From NCBI RefSeq assembly GCF_009914755.1, contig NC_060926.1: DNA of 64,000 bases; one strand, given 5' to 3'. Positions within the stretch are counted from its first letter, which is position 1; each line of letters starts with the position of its first letter. Shown piece by piece: positions 38,817 through 52,649 of this stretch. The notes below the pieces were generated by a model. It saw only the letters and a list, made by a program, of their open reading frames with translations. It did no database searches and was not told where the DNA came from. Source of the stretch: the human T2T-CHM13v2.0 reference genome, Homo sapiens. A program made the translations under genes and the position numbers.

Positions 38817-39559
38817 CTATAAATGGAGACAGGAGAGAGCATTATTATAAGGCAAATGATATATCCTGTAACAAAAACAAACATTGTTGACTCATATTTA
38901 AACACCATGTAAAAATAATTTTGAATCAATGGTTATAGTTGGAATAGAGGATATTGTAGAAAACTTCTCTGAGACCAATGTGAAGTATGATATAAATAGC
39001 AAGAAAACAGTACATAATTTTATCATATTTCTGATGATTAGATCCACATCAGTGACATAAAAGTATTTTGATGACATGAGACTTTTAGTTTTAATAAAAT
39101 AAAAACATTCATCCACTATACATCCACTTTTCTAGGGAAATTGAAGGATGAACAGAGTTTTAAGAATATATGATCTAAGGCATCATAAGTCCAGGGATAG
39201 ACACAGGAGTGAGTATAGCCTACATACATGTATGGGTGATGGGGAGCTAATGTGTTGGAACAGGCAGGAAGGAAGTGAGGTGAGGTAAAGAATAGACCTT
39301 GCATATTTAGAATATTTGTATTGAATAATATTGTGAGTCGAGTTTGGGTGGGAAAAGTGGGGTCAACTGTGTATGAGAGGTTTATCATTCCATCTGGAAT
39401 TCTTAAAGACTTTTGGTTTTAAAGAGCGATGTACTGTACTGGTAAAGATTTCTTTTTCCTGTTTTCTGTTTTTTTTTTTTTTTGCTCCAAAATTGGATAG
39501 TATGGCATATAATGTTATGTATATCTCAGAGTGGCTGATGCACAGAAGGACAAGTAAAT

Positions 39560-40240
39560 ACAAACTTTAAAGAGCAGATGTTAAAAATTAAAATATTAAC
39601 TAATAAATATAACATTAAAATATTAAACTTTAATTGTTAGGTATATAAACTCACTAGTAGTAAAAACTGCAAAGTAATACAAGAGGATATAATTTTTCTA
39701 GTCTTCAATTTTGCAGTAAATGAAAGAAAGCATAACATCTAGTGCTGGCAAAGAATGCTGGGGAGCATTCTGACATTTTGGCGGTGGGATTGCAGATTGC
39801 TGCAAACTCTTTGGAAAGTCTTTGGACAATATCTATTAAAGTGAAAAAACATATACATTTATTTTGACTCAGTAATCCACATATGGGATATTGCAAAGGC
39901 ATAAAAACTAGAAAAAATTGGATTATCCATTAGAAGGAGAATTACTGAATAAATTATGGCATTTTTATTATTTGGAATCCTATGATATTCTTTAAAAGGT
40001 TGCTCAAATATAACGTTAAGTAAAAAAAGCAAGTTTAAACTCCATGTGTTCACATAATTTTCATCAAAAAAACAAAAGCTTATATTTGTTCATATATGTT
40101 GCATAAAAGCTTCAAACTTTTAATGTTGACTAGCTCAGTGGGTGGGTTTGGAAGAAGGGAGATATAATGTATGCATTCTTCTTTATGTATCTTTTTTTAT
40201 GTCAAGCATGAATTTGTTTATAAACTAAAAAAACTAATAC
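39560..40240 (+). mobile_element. Old L1 (L1M) 3' fragments
   Basis: gtgctggcaagaatgctgggg...ctctttggaaag...tttgactcagtaatccac resemble decayed ORF2 3' end and 3' UTR. Confidence 0.55.
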
Positions 40241-40639
40241 AGTAAAACTTCCACTCCTCAAAGAACATAAAAACATAGGAGAAAGTATCCAAACAATAAT
40301 CTGTAACCCAAAGCTTCTCTAAGTATGATTTACAAGAAAATGCAAAGATTGTCATTTTTATTGTTCCCACAGTAGTCTAGGTCCACATTATCCATGGCTT
40401 TACAATTACACACTGACCTTATGGTCAGTCAACTTAAATCTTTGGGCTGCAATATTAACTACCTTCTTATATTATTTAAATGTCATAGACACCATTATCT
40501 TTAATATATTTATTATGAACTTTTCCTCAATGCACTGAAGATGCTTCTAAAACATGGAAGAACACTCTCAAAACTCATGAACATTTCTCCATTTTGAGTA
40601 TACTCTCCCAGTGGATGGTTTTTTTCTACATGCACATAT

Positions 40640-41930
40640 TTAATTCTGTCTTCACTCCAATGACTCCTAAATATTTATCTCCAGCCCAGACCTCTCCTCT
40701 GTGTTCCAAACCTGTATTGTATATCTAATAGATTCATCAACATCTCCACTTGAAAGACACCTTACAATCTTATAACAAGTCCAGTTTCATAATCTGACCC
40801 TCCAAGCCCAGGCTTTTTTTTTTTTTTTTTTTTTTTTAGTGAATGGCATCACAATCCATCCAGTCATATAAGCCTGAGACTTGAGGACCATTCTAGATAC
40901 TGTTCTCTCTCTTCCACTCATCCCCAATATTCCATTAATATCAATCCCTTAATTGTATTGATTTCACCTCCTGAATATCTGTTTTCATTTCTCTCATCTT
41001 CACTGTTCCTACATATTTCCACGCTACTATACTGGTTCACATAATTTCTTGCAAGAAAATGCTATCACTCTTCACATTTGTACCATTATTGTCCACCCTT
41101 AAAAATAATAATTTTTATCTTTAAAAAAATTCAGAAGATGGGCACAGTGGCTTATGCCTGTAATGCCAGCACTTCGTGAAGAAAAGGCATAATGATCTCT
41201 TGAGGTCAGGCATTTGAGATGAATCTGGGCAACATAGCAAGAACCCCCATCTCTATAAAAAAACAACAACAACAAAAAAAACTAGGTATGGTGGCATATG
41301 CCTGTAGTCCGAGCCAGTCGGGAGGCTGCAGTGGGAGGATAGATTGAGCCTATGAGTTTGAGGCTACAGTTAGCTATGATTGAGCCACTGCACTCCAGCC
41401 TAAGTGACAGAGAGAGACCCTATCTCTAAAGAAAGAAAAATTAATATATGATTATGTAAACTATTGCACAATTCCACCCTTCCCCTGTGCTCCCCTGCTA
41501 CCAATAACTTTCTCTTTGGGGATGGAAGACAAAACTCTCTCCATCCTGCAGCTTCATCTCTGTTCTTTGCTCTCTAGAATCCAGTCATATGGAATTTTAA
41601 TTCCCCTTGAGGTCTGTGCTTCTTTCAGATTCATGGCTTCTTTCTGTTTGATCCTTTTTACTTCACCTACTGAGCTCATCCTTTAGATTTTAGCACCAAA
41701 GTGATTTCATGGGTAAGCTTTTCCTTCCTTCTGAACAGGTTACCACCCCTTTCATAGCTTTCACCACAGTTAATAATTATGCACTTGTTGATTTTCTGTT
41801 TAACATTTTTTCCATGACTGGCCCATAGGCCTCAGAAGGGCAGGGCCCCAGGCTATTTTGCTTACTTAGCATTGAGTCCCAGCTCTGACTGAATGACTTG
41901 GCATGGTAAATGAATTTTCACAAACAGATT
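40640..41930 (+). mobile_element. L2 element interrupted by an Alu and a poly(T)
   Basis: tgactcctaaatatttatctccagcccagacctctcctct, catctccacttg, gtgaatggcatcacaatccatccagt are L2 hallmarks. Confidence 0.75.
41136..41440 (+). mobile_element. AluJ-type dimeric SINE
   Basis: gggcacagtggcttatgcctgtaat...A-rich linker...gggaggatagattgagcct...gaggctacagttagctatgat...gagaccctatctct plus A tail. Confidence 0.92.
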
Positions 41931-42261
41931 CTAAACTGAACTCAGAATGTGCTCAATTTTGACTGTAGGAAAACTAGAATATTTAATTGCTTTGGCCATA
42001 ATAATTAGAGAATCTTAACCTCCTGGAATTGTACTGACTGATATTTAACAAAAAATGTTGATTGAGTAGAACTCAATAGTTCATGGAAAATGGTGAACTC
42101 TATACCACGTCCTCTCTACTTGATTTAACTCATTGATGAAATTTATGTAAAACACCTGTTACAGAAAATTTGAGAATTTAAGAAGGCCACTTTATTATTA
42201 TAAGCTTTCATTTGTGGTCTAGCAGTTAATAGTGACACAAATCATTGCAATAGAACTAAAC

Positions 42262-42620
42262 ATTTTTATTATTAATTATTATGGATATAGAGTTGTACAT
42301 ATTTATGAAGTGCATGTGATATTTTGATGCAAGAATACATTGTGTAATGATCAAATCAGTGTAATTGGGATATGCATCATCTCAAGCATTTATCATTTTT
42401 TGTGTCAGAAACATTCCAATTCTACTCTTTTAGTTATTTTGAAATATTTGTTAAATTATTGTTAACTATTGTTGCTCTAAAGTGCTACCAAACACAAGAT
42501 CTAATTCCTTGTATCTAACTACATTTTGGTGCCTATTACCTATCCCCACTTTATCCCCCACCCCGTACCCTGCTACCCTTCCTATCCTCTGGTAACCATC
42601 ATTCTACTACTTCTCTCTAT
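42262..42620 (-). mobile_element. L1MA-type 3' UTR fragment
   Basis: ttgtacatatttatgaagtgcatgtgatattttg...acattccaattctactcttttagttattttgaaata...ctctggtaaccatcattctact. Confidence 0.82.
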
Positions 42621-44732
42621 GGTAAAAGACATGACAATGTGCAGACAAACCACGAGTACATTCAACATTAAACTCTGGATTAATAAGACAAAGATAAGAG
42701 TAACCAATCTGCGCAAATAAGATTAAGTAACAGTGCATCGTGACAACTGTTTTGCAAGCATTCTTACATATCTCTACTAATAACTTTTATATGCTCAAGT
42801 AATTGCCAAGTTGAAAATCAGTGAACTGCATCGAAGTCATTTGATTAGTCTTTAATGCACATGAAATTGAGTTTTAAAGCAGTTTACAAATCAATTCTGC
42901 AAGCTTATTACGATGCATTGAAAGTCAATGACTACTTTTATTAATTTTTCATCATTTACTTTACACTCCTCCTTTAAAAAACAATTCACTGGCTTTCTTA
43001 AATTAATTACCACATAGGCATTTAGTTTATTCCTATAGTTTAGTCATATCCAGTGTGGTACAGATGGTCTTTTCTGCATCACTAGGTTAATAGGACCATG
43101 TTATATTGCATTACAGATTTAGTTGTCTAACTGCAGTTCATCCGGAAAGAATGCACATTGAGAATTTTGCTCAATGTTAGCACTTTCAGGCATGAAATAT
43201 AAAACATAGATGAGTGTAATCCTGTTATGGATCTTAACACTGAAAATCATCCTTGTAAGTTAAGTCTTCAGATTTTATTATATTTGATTTCTAACTTGAA
43301 TAATTAAAATAGATACTATTTAACCTATTTACTATAATGCTCAATAAATGTGAAATAAGAGAAACAGAATAAAGTTTTGCACATACTTTTACACATTTCC
43401 AGAAAGAATTACAAGTACTGGTAAACTGCTTACATGATTATAATTTTGTTTAAACACATCCTTTTCATCTAAGAAGGCATATAGTTGTTAATATGCATGA
43501 ATATAATTATAGTAGTTATAATTAACTACTACTATAATGTCTTTCTCAGGACATGTCATTTTTGTGAAGATGCTGAATATAAATTTAGAGGCTGCATCTT
43601 CATCAATCCTGGCATATGTAACTAACAACTTTTTGGTTCTTAACCAAGAAAACATAGATAGTCCCATCATCTTTCTCTGTGAAAAGTCTATAATTATCAC
43701 TTTAATCTATACATGCAAAAATGTTAAATATTTTGCCAAATTCATGCAGAAAATTCACGTCAGGTTAGCACAAAACAGCAGTTTCCGTGATTAATTTTAG
43801 TTTTACCCAAGGTTTGGTGTTTTCTTGGGTCATAAATATCTACATGAGAATCTAATGAAAATCCTGATTTCTCTTTGAAATAAATATAGATAAATGCATA
43901 CACACAATTTTGCTTATGATTTCAGAAGTTGAATAACTAACTCACCCTTCTCCCACCAAAGCCCTTCAACATTGACCTCCCCTAAGATCCCCTAAGATTA
44001 GTTGATTCTTGATATTCCTTTTAGTTTTCAATTTATTTGCTTACATATATGTGCTAGTCACATTTCTCATAAAATTACAATGATAACAACTACATTTATA
44101 ACCTATTTCCTATGGTAATGGGGCTTCAAAAATTGGCTTTACTAAACTTTTCCAGTTTGAGAAGACCTCATCCATCTGCTGCTACTATATTCTCTCCCTC
44201 TTTCTCTCTCTCTCTCTCTCTCCCTACTTCTTTCCTGTGTGAATTGATTCTCATCTATTACAGTTTGGAAGAAAACTATGACACCCACTTTTGACTTCAA
44301 CCAATTCTTCTAACTTAAGACTACATATAGGGATATTAGAAACAATCATTTTCTTGTGGAAAAACAAAAAATCTCTGCAAAATTATCCATCTACTTTCAA
44401 TCATTGATTTTTCTCACAATACAACTGCAAATTTCCAATCATCTCCTTCACTCAATTTTTCATCATTTCTATAAATTCTTAGAACCTTGATTATGTCATA
44501 TTTTTACTGCAAAAACCCAATTAAATATAATTAGAAGCAGTTTTATTCCTGCTTGGTTCTGCTAGGTTGAATTATGGACTGAAAAGTAGAGGGAAACTTA
44601 AGTTCAAGTAGTCAAGCAAATTAGACACCATGATGAAATAGGAGAGGATCTGTATGGGGAGTAAAGTAAGGTTTGTTGTAAAGGTCATAAGCAGAGATCT
44701 GTCCCCTCACAAAGGGTTGGGGTGGTGGGAGG

Positions 44733-45142
44733 GTATCTTAGATTGGATTCCTGAAAGTAGATTGTGAAAAGGCTTATTGAGGGAGTACTCTCATGGGTTA
44801 TGGCTATTAAAAAGACAGGATTAAGAAGAGGAAGTTAAACTGATTTTCAAATGGAGCTGAAGCATCGGCCAGTCCTCCTGGAGCTCAAATGCAGGGATAG
44901 CCCCTTCAGAATTCTGCCAAATTGAAGCCAGGGTACCTGGCCTTTGCATCCCTGTATCTACGAGTCACTGGTTATAGCCACACCACGGCAAAGGCCATAA
45001 TGCTGGATAAGGTAGTTTCCTGCCTTAAACTACAATTTCCAGGGAGGGGCAGCAGTGTACCTGGAACAGCTGGTATTTCCAGCAGCTGGGCTGTCTCAGC
45101 CCTAAGGAAGATGTCTGGGCTTAGGGCCACAGTGTCCAGTAC
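44733..45142. mobile_element. Probable old ERVL/MaLR LTR
   Basis: tatcttagattggattcc...tttattgagggagt...gccccttcagaattctgcc composition and motifs; family not resolved. Confidence 0.4.
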
Positions 45143-46607
45143 AGAGAGAGAAATATAGCCATCTTTTGGCCTGAAAAATTATGATCTGAATTAAGCCTAC
45201 AATCAGCTATTATCACACAAAATAAGGATGTGTGAATTGGTATCTGTGTATCCTTCTAATGTCAGAGTACTTACAAGCCCGACATTAAATTTGAAGCCTT
45301 AAAATCAGTGTGAGAATTTTCTCCAACCACATAACCCTGGATTTGCAGAGAAACACGACTTTTACTCCTGAATCAGAGAGAGAAGAAAAATGTGGTGGGA
45401 TAAACAGAGATAATGACTAACATAGCTGCCTTTTCTTTTTAGGAAGAAAATTTTCATAGAGGGATCCTGCAAGGACATGAGTCTCTCCTACTCCTACTCC
45501 TACATATGTAGGAAGGTATATGACGTTGCCTATGAGCTGGTAGAACAACTCAGAATATTGTCAAAGAATGATGTAGATAGCAGCTAGACCGGGAAAGATT
45601 ATCATTCAATGTGAACTCAGTTTTAGCCAAGTGGCTACCCTGATTAGTGGGTGACAAATGGGCCACTGTAGCCAGCGCAGGCCTGGTGTCAGTGATAACA
45701 AAAGATCACCAGGGAGTCCACTGACCTAGTAAACTTGAAGCTAGATATGAGGTTCTTTAAAGGAGCAGATCCGATCGGTAATGCCATGAAAGACTAAGAA
45801 TCCTGTGACATTTCCTAGGGTATTAGATACCAAAGAAAAAGCAAGATCTTATAGTAAGCAGTGAGGATAGGACCAAATTGGAATCTGTAAGTTATGAGTT
45901 AAAGGCAGGAAGTGGAGGTTGGAGGAAGTCAGTGCTGTAGCAAGGCTTGAGAACAATTACAGGAGCTGCAGCAGCAAAACAGCATTCCCGTAAACATGTT
46001 TGCAAATGTTGACAATATCTGAGGGACACTGCTTGTGATCTGGCTGGGTCATCACAAGAGCAAAGAAGCCAGAAACATGAATTTGGATAAGGGAGATAGG
46101 GCAGAAGACAGGACAAGATGGTGGACTGATTTCAGCCTCTTAGGGTTAAAATCTCTCAGTGAGAGGGGATTGGGAATGAAAGCAAACACAGCAGCATAAT
46201 ATACACCTAATTAAGTTTCTATGTGCTTAAAATAACAGCTTAATAAATCAATGCATGCAATACCCATACTTTCTTTTTGATAGATTTCTTCATTTTGTAA
46301 ATGTCAAATTAAAAAGTCCATTCAAGTCCTGTGAAAGTGATAACATCTTAACCAAAATTGAGCATGGATGATCATGTAGTCATCACATAAACAGACACTC
46401 TCTTGATGGACTGTTCCAAACACAAATGGTACAGACACCAATTACCCAAATGCTGTATGTATGTATGAATAGGGACTGTCCCTGATTGGGTGTTGCTAGG
46501 TAACACAATCTTCCAAATGATACTCACATGGGGGCTCTCTGGTGTGGTTATACCAATTTGGGCATTCATTAACATCCATGTTAATGAATAAATAATGTAT
46601 TTTACTC

Positions 46608-47718
46608 TATCGGGGGAAATTCAGCCAGATATCGGGTGAAATTCACCCCCAATATTTCACATAGATTCTTTTCTATTTTCCCTAAGTGTCGGCCAGTCTG
46701 AGAAATAAAGGGACAGAGTACAAAAGAGAAATTTTAAAGCTGGGTGTCCAGGGGAGACATCACATGTTGGCAGGTTCCGTGATGCCCCCTGAGCTGTAAA
46801 ACCAGCAAGTTTTTATTAGTGATTTTCAGAAGGGCAGGGAGTGTACGAATAGGGTGTGGGTCACAGAGATCACATGCTTCACAAGGTAATAAGATATCAC
46901 AAGGCAAATGGAGGCAGGGCAAGATCACAGGACCACAGGACCGAGGTGAAATTAAAATTGCTAGTGAAGTTTCGGGCACTCATTGTCATTGATAACATCT
47001 TATCAGGAGACAGGGTTTGAGAGCAGACAACTGGTCTGACCAAAATTTATTAGACGGGAATTTCCTCGTCCTAATAAGCCTGGGAGCGCTACGGGAGACT
47101 GGGGCTTATTTCATCCCTACAGCTTCGACCATAAAAGACGCCGCCCCCCCGAAGCAGCCATTTCAGAGGCCTACACTCAGGGATGCATTCTGTTTCTCAG
47201 GGATGTTCCTTGCTGAGAAAAAGAATTCAGTGATATTTCTCCCATTTGCTTTTGAAAGAAGAGAAATATGGCTCTGTTCCGCCTGGCTCACCGGCGGTCA
47301 GAGTTTAAGGTTATCTCTCTTGTTCCCTGAACATTGTTGTTATCCTGTTCTTTCTTCAAGGTACCCAGATTTCATATTGTTCAAACACACATGCTCTACA
47401 AACAATTTGTGCAGTTAACACAATCATCACAGCGTCCTAAGCGGACATACATCCTCCTCAGCTTATGAAGATGATGGGATTAAGAGATTAAAGTAAAGAC
47501 AGGCATAGGAAATCACAAGGATATTGATTGGGGAAGTGATAAGTGTCCATGAAATCTTCACAATTTATGTTCAGAGATTGCAGTAAAGACAGGCGTAAGA
47601 AATTATAAAAGTATTAATTTGAGGAACTAATAAATGTCCATGAAATCTTCACAATCCACGTTCTTCTGCCATGGCTTCAGCCGGTCCCTCCGTTCGGGGT
47701 CCCTGACTTCCCGCAACA
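46608..47718 (-). mobile_element. MER11 solo LTR (ERVK, HML8), same orientation as KCNH7
   Basis: Minus strand begins TGTTGCGGGAAGTCAGGGACCCCGAACGGAGGGACCGGCTGAAGCCATGG and ends GAATTTCCCCCGATA; 1111 bp; internal repeats gtccatgaaatcttcacaat; AATAAA on minus at 46812-46817. Confidence 0.93.
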
Positions 47719-48564
47719 TTTTCAACTACTGGCAATTTTCTTGATCTTAGAAATAGATACGATGTTCAAATCCTGGGGGGTGGGAGAGGCACATGACATA
47801 AAATTTTTTGCAACTCTGAGTAAATTTTCCTCAGATTTCTTTTTTGCAACCATGCCATGTTTCCTTTTTCTATGTCAAATTTAATCTTTAAAAAGAGGAA
47901 ACTTCCAAATACATGAGAATAGTAAACATTAGTTACAGTATAAAACCTTTAACTAAATTAATCTGAAAAAGAGATTGTTTCTATAGTAATGCTTACTGAA
48001 TGGGAAACTATATTACTATTGCAGCTCTTCATCTTCAAAATAAAGAATGACTTTCAGCTCCAGTGGAGAATAGTAAAAACACTGTAAAAGCCCTCTTATA
48101 AACCAGCTCTATGGAAAATTTCTTTGTTCCTTAGCTTGAGGTCTAAAAACTGAGATACAAATTTGAGGAAGTAATGTAGCTATTGAGGCAAATGTGTATT
48201 TTATGTGTCAATTATCTAGAGTATTGAGTCCAAAGCATATGAATAAAATTTTAATGGTTTAAATTAGCTAGATAATTGTCTAAATTATCAACTATATTTT
48301 GTGTGGTTAGGCTTAGCTTCAGTTGAAGCTTTTAGAAAAATTCAAAATTTTAGTAAGCGTAAAAGTAAAATCCTCTTTGATTTGGAAAGTGTAATTTTAA
48401 TCTTTTCAAAGATAATGGATATCCTTTAATCCTTAATAAGATTAAATGAAAAAGTACACTTTAAAAATTACTATAAGATACTTCAGAAATTTTAGGTTAT
48501 TTCTTACATTTATTTTCACTTAAAATTTATTTTTATAGTTCTAGCTAAACATTCATTAACCTAG

Positions 48565-48736
48565 ACCATGGTTTTCATACCTTCTTGGGCATCAGAATGA
48601 CCTGAAGTGTTTGTTAAAACACAGCTTGGTGAATTTCTGTGTTTCCGAATCAGTTGTTCTGGTGTAGGGCCCAAGAACTTGCACTTCAAACACATTGCAA
48701 GGTGATGCTGATGGTCTCACACTTGAAGAACCATTG
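48565..48736. mobile_element. MER5A (hAT-Charlie)
   Basis: catggttttca...catcagaatgacctg...gggcccaagaacttgcac...ggtgatgctgatg...gaagaaccattg. Confidence 0.8.
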
Positions 48737-48819
48737 GCAGGCAATCTGAGTAATGCCCATTCAGTAGGAAAAAAGTAGCTTAATTATTAAAGGAAAAAAA
48801 TAACTTTTTATGTCTTCTA

Positions 48820-50030
48820 CGAACATGTATTAGATACTTACTATTTGCAAAATATTAGGTCTATATGGAAGAAAATAAAATGTCCCTGCCATGAAGTAGA
48901 GCTGAAGGGTTATGGGCCACTTCAAATAAGATAAAGATGTTCTCCAGTTTTCCAGTCTTCACTTCTCTCTATATTTTTACTCCTGGCCTTCTTCATTCAT
49001 GTTACTTGTTTACTAAGCAAACAGATGTGACCAACGTGGTAGTAGAGAAAGGTATGAGGTATTATGATCTCACAGGACCCATGTGGGTGAGTTAAGAATG
49101 CTCCACAGATGAAGAGTCCTTTGGAATAGGTATGCTAGAAGAAGAAAAGCATTTTAGTAGAGGGGACACCACATGATACAAATTAGGTGGAATAAAGTGA
49201 ATGGTAGCTTCAAGGAACCCGCACTAAAATATGGGATGTGATGGGAAATTAGGCTGAAGAAGTATCAGAAGCTATATCATGATAGGCGGATTGTATTATC
49301 CATGCATAGGGCTTTGGAGTCTTATATTTTAGGCAATAGAGGACCATTGTAAAAGATATAGACAGTGGACTATTATGATGTGATGTACGGCAATATAACA
49401 TGTAATCCTGAAGAAAAGAAGCTTAAAGCAGGAATACTAATTGTGAGACTATTATATCAGTCCAAGAAAGATGTGTTGAGGGTCTGAATAGGACAATTAT
49501 AGTGGGCTATATGAGAGAGATAGTTAAGAGATGTGTTTCATAGACTTGGCTAGCCTTTGGTTGGGAGAATAGAGGATTAGAGAGAAGGAGAAGTTTAGTA
49601 TCATGCCGAGGTTCTGGCTTGGGAGCTTTGGATAATGACTATTCATAATGTATGAAAAGGAAGAGTTTTTGGTGGGATGAAATGGATGGTAGCTGAAGAT
49701 GGAAAGGCAGTTCTTAGCTTGAAATGCTAAATCGCCCAGAAATACTAAAATCTTCTAAAGGAGATGTCTAGTGGGATATATGAGGTTGTAAGTAAGCCTA
49801 AAGAAAGATATGAGCTGGAGATACTGATTTTTGAGAGGGTCTTTACGCTGTAAGTAAACAATGAGTTTGCCTAAGCAGCGTATATAGAGATGACTAGGAA
49901 GGAATGAATATTAAAAGCAGCTCCCAGGGGAGAAACAAACAGCTTTTAAGAGTAGAGTAAGAGGAACAACAAATGGTACTGAAATAGCTGTTACAGAGGT
50001 GGAAAGACTCAAGGGAATGCGGTGACATGG
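48820..50030 (-). mobile_element. L2 fragments
   Basis: Purine-rich L2 antisense motifs (gagactatt..agtccaag, ggagatgtctagt, gagctggagatactgattt). Confidence 0.6.
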
Positions 50031-51112
50031 AATGTAAAAGAAGGGAATCCAATTTAAGTACCAATTTTTGTTTAATTTAGGTTCCCCCAATCCCTTCAAG
50101 AAATGTTTAGAGAATTCAAAAGTGTGCATGTATCTGTGTGTGAATCAGAGTATGATACTAGATTCATGCTATAGAAGACATATGAAATTCAAATATAGTT
50201 TTCAATAATTTAAAATGAAACAAAAATAATTTATTTAAAACAGTAAAAGTGAAAACCTCTTATACTCGATGACAGTAAACTCGGGCATTAATCACGTAAA
50301 CAAGAATGCATAATTTGTTTCTCCTCCATTTTTCACATATATTCTACATCATCAAGTATTACAGCTGAAAAGAAGAGAACACACTTTTCCATTACTATTG
50401 GCTCCTTTAAATGTGGCCCCTTATGCTTGGTAGGGAATGCACAATTTTCTCTTTCACTCCGTATTATTTCCATTTTTTAGACTGCAAACTTTTTACAGAA
50501 GACTTCAGTGAGAAAGTGTTCAATTTCATCTTTTATTTTGTGTTTATATCTATTATGTAGCAATTAATTGGCTCATTTATTCAGTACTTATCAAAATTTG
50601 ATAGTAAGATTTATCAAAATAACACTTTCTTCTGTATTTGCTTCATTTCAGGGGACATAAGTCATCTAATTGTGGCTAGTTCCAGGTCTTCTACAGAGAA
50701 TAAGTTTATGAAAAATTAGGTCTTCTGAGAGAAAGCTGCTCACTTTTCTTGTGTAGAGTTCCTGGCTCTGAAACTAGGTATTTGTACTGAGAAATGATCC
50801 ACCACTTAATTCTATATAAAAGAAGTCTCTAAGTTTTCAGAATGTATGGAGCCCAATGTATCATAATGCCTTTTTATAATCCATATTTTCTACTGTGTAT
50901 TTCCCTCCTTTTCTTTTACTTAATCTTTGTAATTTAATACCTCCCTTTGTTTGAAGCTATGCTTCTTGTGTAGTCATGTCACATCTTTTCCTTTATTTTG
51001 TCTCTATTTCAATAGAGGTATTTAAATTTTCAGAAAGTAACATCTTCCCAAACACACAACAACCTTTTTCTTATTACTGTCACTGAAATCCTACCACTCT
51101 GAGACACGCTAG

Positions 51113-51152
51113 TGTGCGCGAGCGTGCGCGCACACACACACACACACACACA
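51113..51152. repeat. (GC)n(AC)n alternating purine-pyrimidine repeat
   Basis: tgtgcgcgagcgtgcgcgcacacaca... Confidence 0.92.
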
Positions 51153-52649
51153 ATTACAAACACTTTAGTGAGAGAGTAAGCATTGGTTAAAGGGAAATGT
51201 CAGTTTAAAATTCGCCTTTGTGAATACCATTGTATACTTCTTTGTAACCATATTTTTATTTCAGATCATTTCAAGTGATACAAAAGCTGGTAGTTACAAT
51301 GTAGGTTTTGAAGCAATAATATCACAATTTTGAAGGTTAAGATGTGTCTGCTAAAAGAGGTGCATCAGAATTTTTTATTCTTTATTTTTTTTAAGTGGCT
51401 ATCACTGGAACAACAATGTTTGAAATAGCCAGTATCATTATTTTACACTGGTAGGAACATTATACTTCAAAGAAAAAAAATCAGCAGGGGTTTGCCAAAG
51501 ATGAGAAAAAATATGAAGTCGAAATTGAGTAGTATCAGAAGGTATCAAGCATAATTTGTCTTTCTTTAACTTTTCTGCTTGATTTAACAATCCATTCCTC
51601 AAAAACTGACACCAAGTAAGAGGAAATCTAGGTCATATAATGACAGAAGGGTGTAATCAAAACCGATATACAGGTGGTAAATAATGGGCCTTTGTAATGC
51701 TCTGGAAATAATTTTATCTGCATATTTTTACTCTGTCCAACGCTTCCCTGTATGAGTGACAGCTAAAGCATAGGGAAACAACTTATGTTCATAAAATAAG
51801 AAGCAGAATCTCTACTGCATTTGTTGTAACTTGTACATAGGACTTTATTTTAATCACAATATAAAGTTGCATAAATTGTGTATTATATCCTGGAGGCTAC
51901 TGTAAAGACTATCTTCCATTTAGGAAACCAAGGTTTCAATTCTCCATTTACATTTCAGTTTTAAACGGACACATTATCTTTTTTAAAAGTCCCCTTCTCT
52001 GCCATGCTGCTGATATACCCTCCCTTTTTCACTTCCATCCAATTTGATGGACCATGAAAGACAACTATTCCGTGGGAAAATATGAGAATTTGAGAAGACA
52101 GTGAAGAAACTAAACTAGGTATCCACCATCCAAACAAATTACCTTATTGGTATTCATGACAAATAGAGGTTGACATTAGAAGTGTACTCTCAGGAATCAT
52201 TCATTAATGATTGCATTTGTTAGTGGAAAGTATAAGAAAATCAAAACAGTCATCAACTTTGGGATCAAGACTTTGGGGTAAGAAGTTTTTTATGGTAGCT
52301 CAATTTTTTTTTCTAAATATGTCACCTGGAAGATTGATGAATTAGTAATTCTGATAGAGTTTTCTCCAAGTATAATATTGTTCAGGGAAAAACATTTAAC
52401 ATATTAGAATCATATTACATTAATGTATTTGTGTCAATATTGCTTTAAAAGAATATTGTACTGTCATTTAGACATACCTAAGGAAAAATTGCTATTAAGA
52501 AAAATTATCAGCTGAGGTATGTTTGATTTGGTATTATACTTAGGTTTACAAAATAGGCTTTTGGGACCATGTTTTTCATTATACGCATATTTTTCTATCT
52601 GAATTTATACACAGTATAACAATTTCCTTTCTCAAATATTAAAGTTTTG

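Noticed and set aside
47480-47655. Spaced direct repeats (gtaaagacaggc, gtccatgaaatcttcacaat) superficially array-like
   Set aside because: Normal internal duplication of the MER11 LTR; eukaryotic DNA with no CRISPR features.
46602-47724. TSD for the MER11 LTR
   Set aside because: Flanks ttactc and ttttca do not give a clean 6-bp duplication, so none is claimed.
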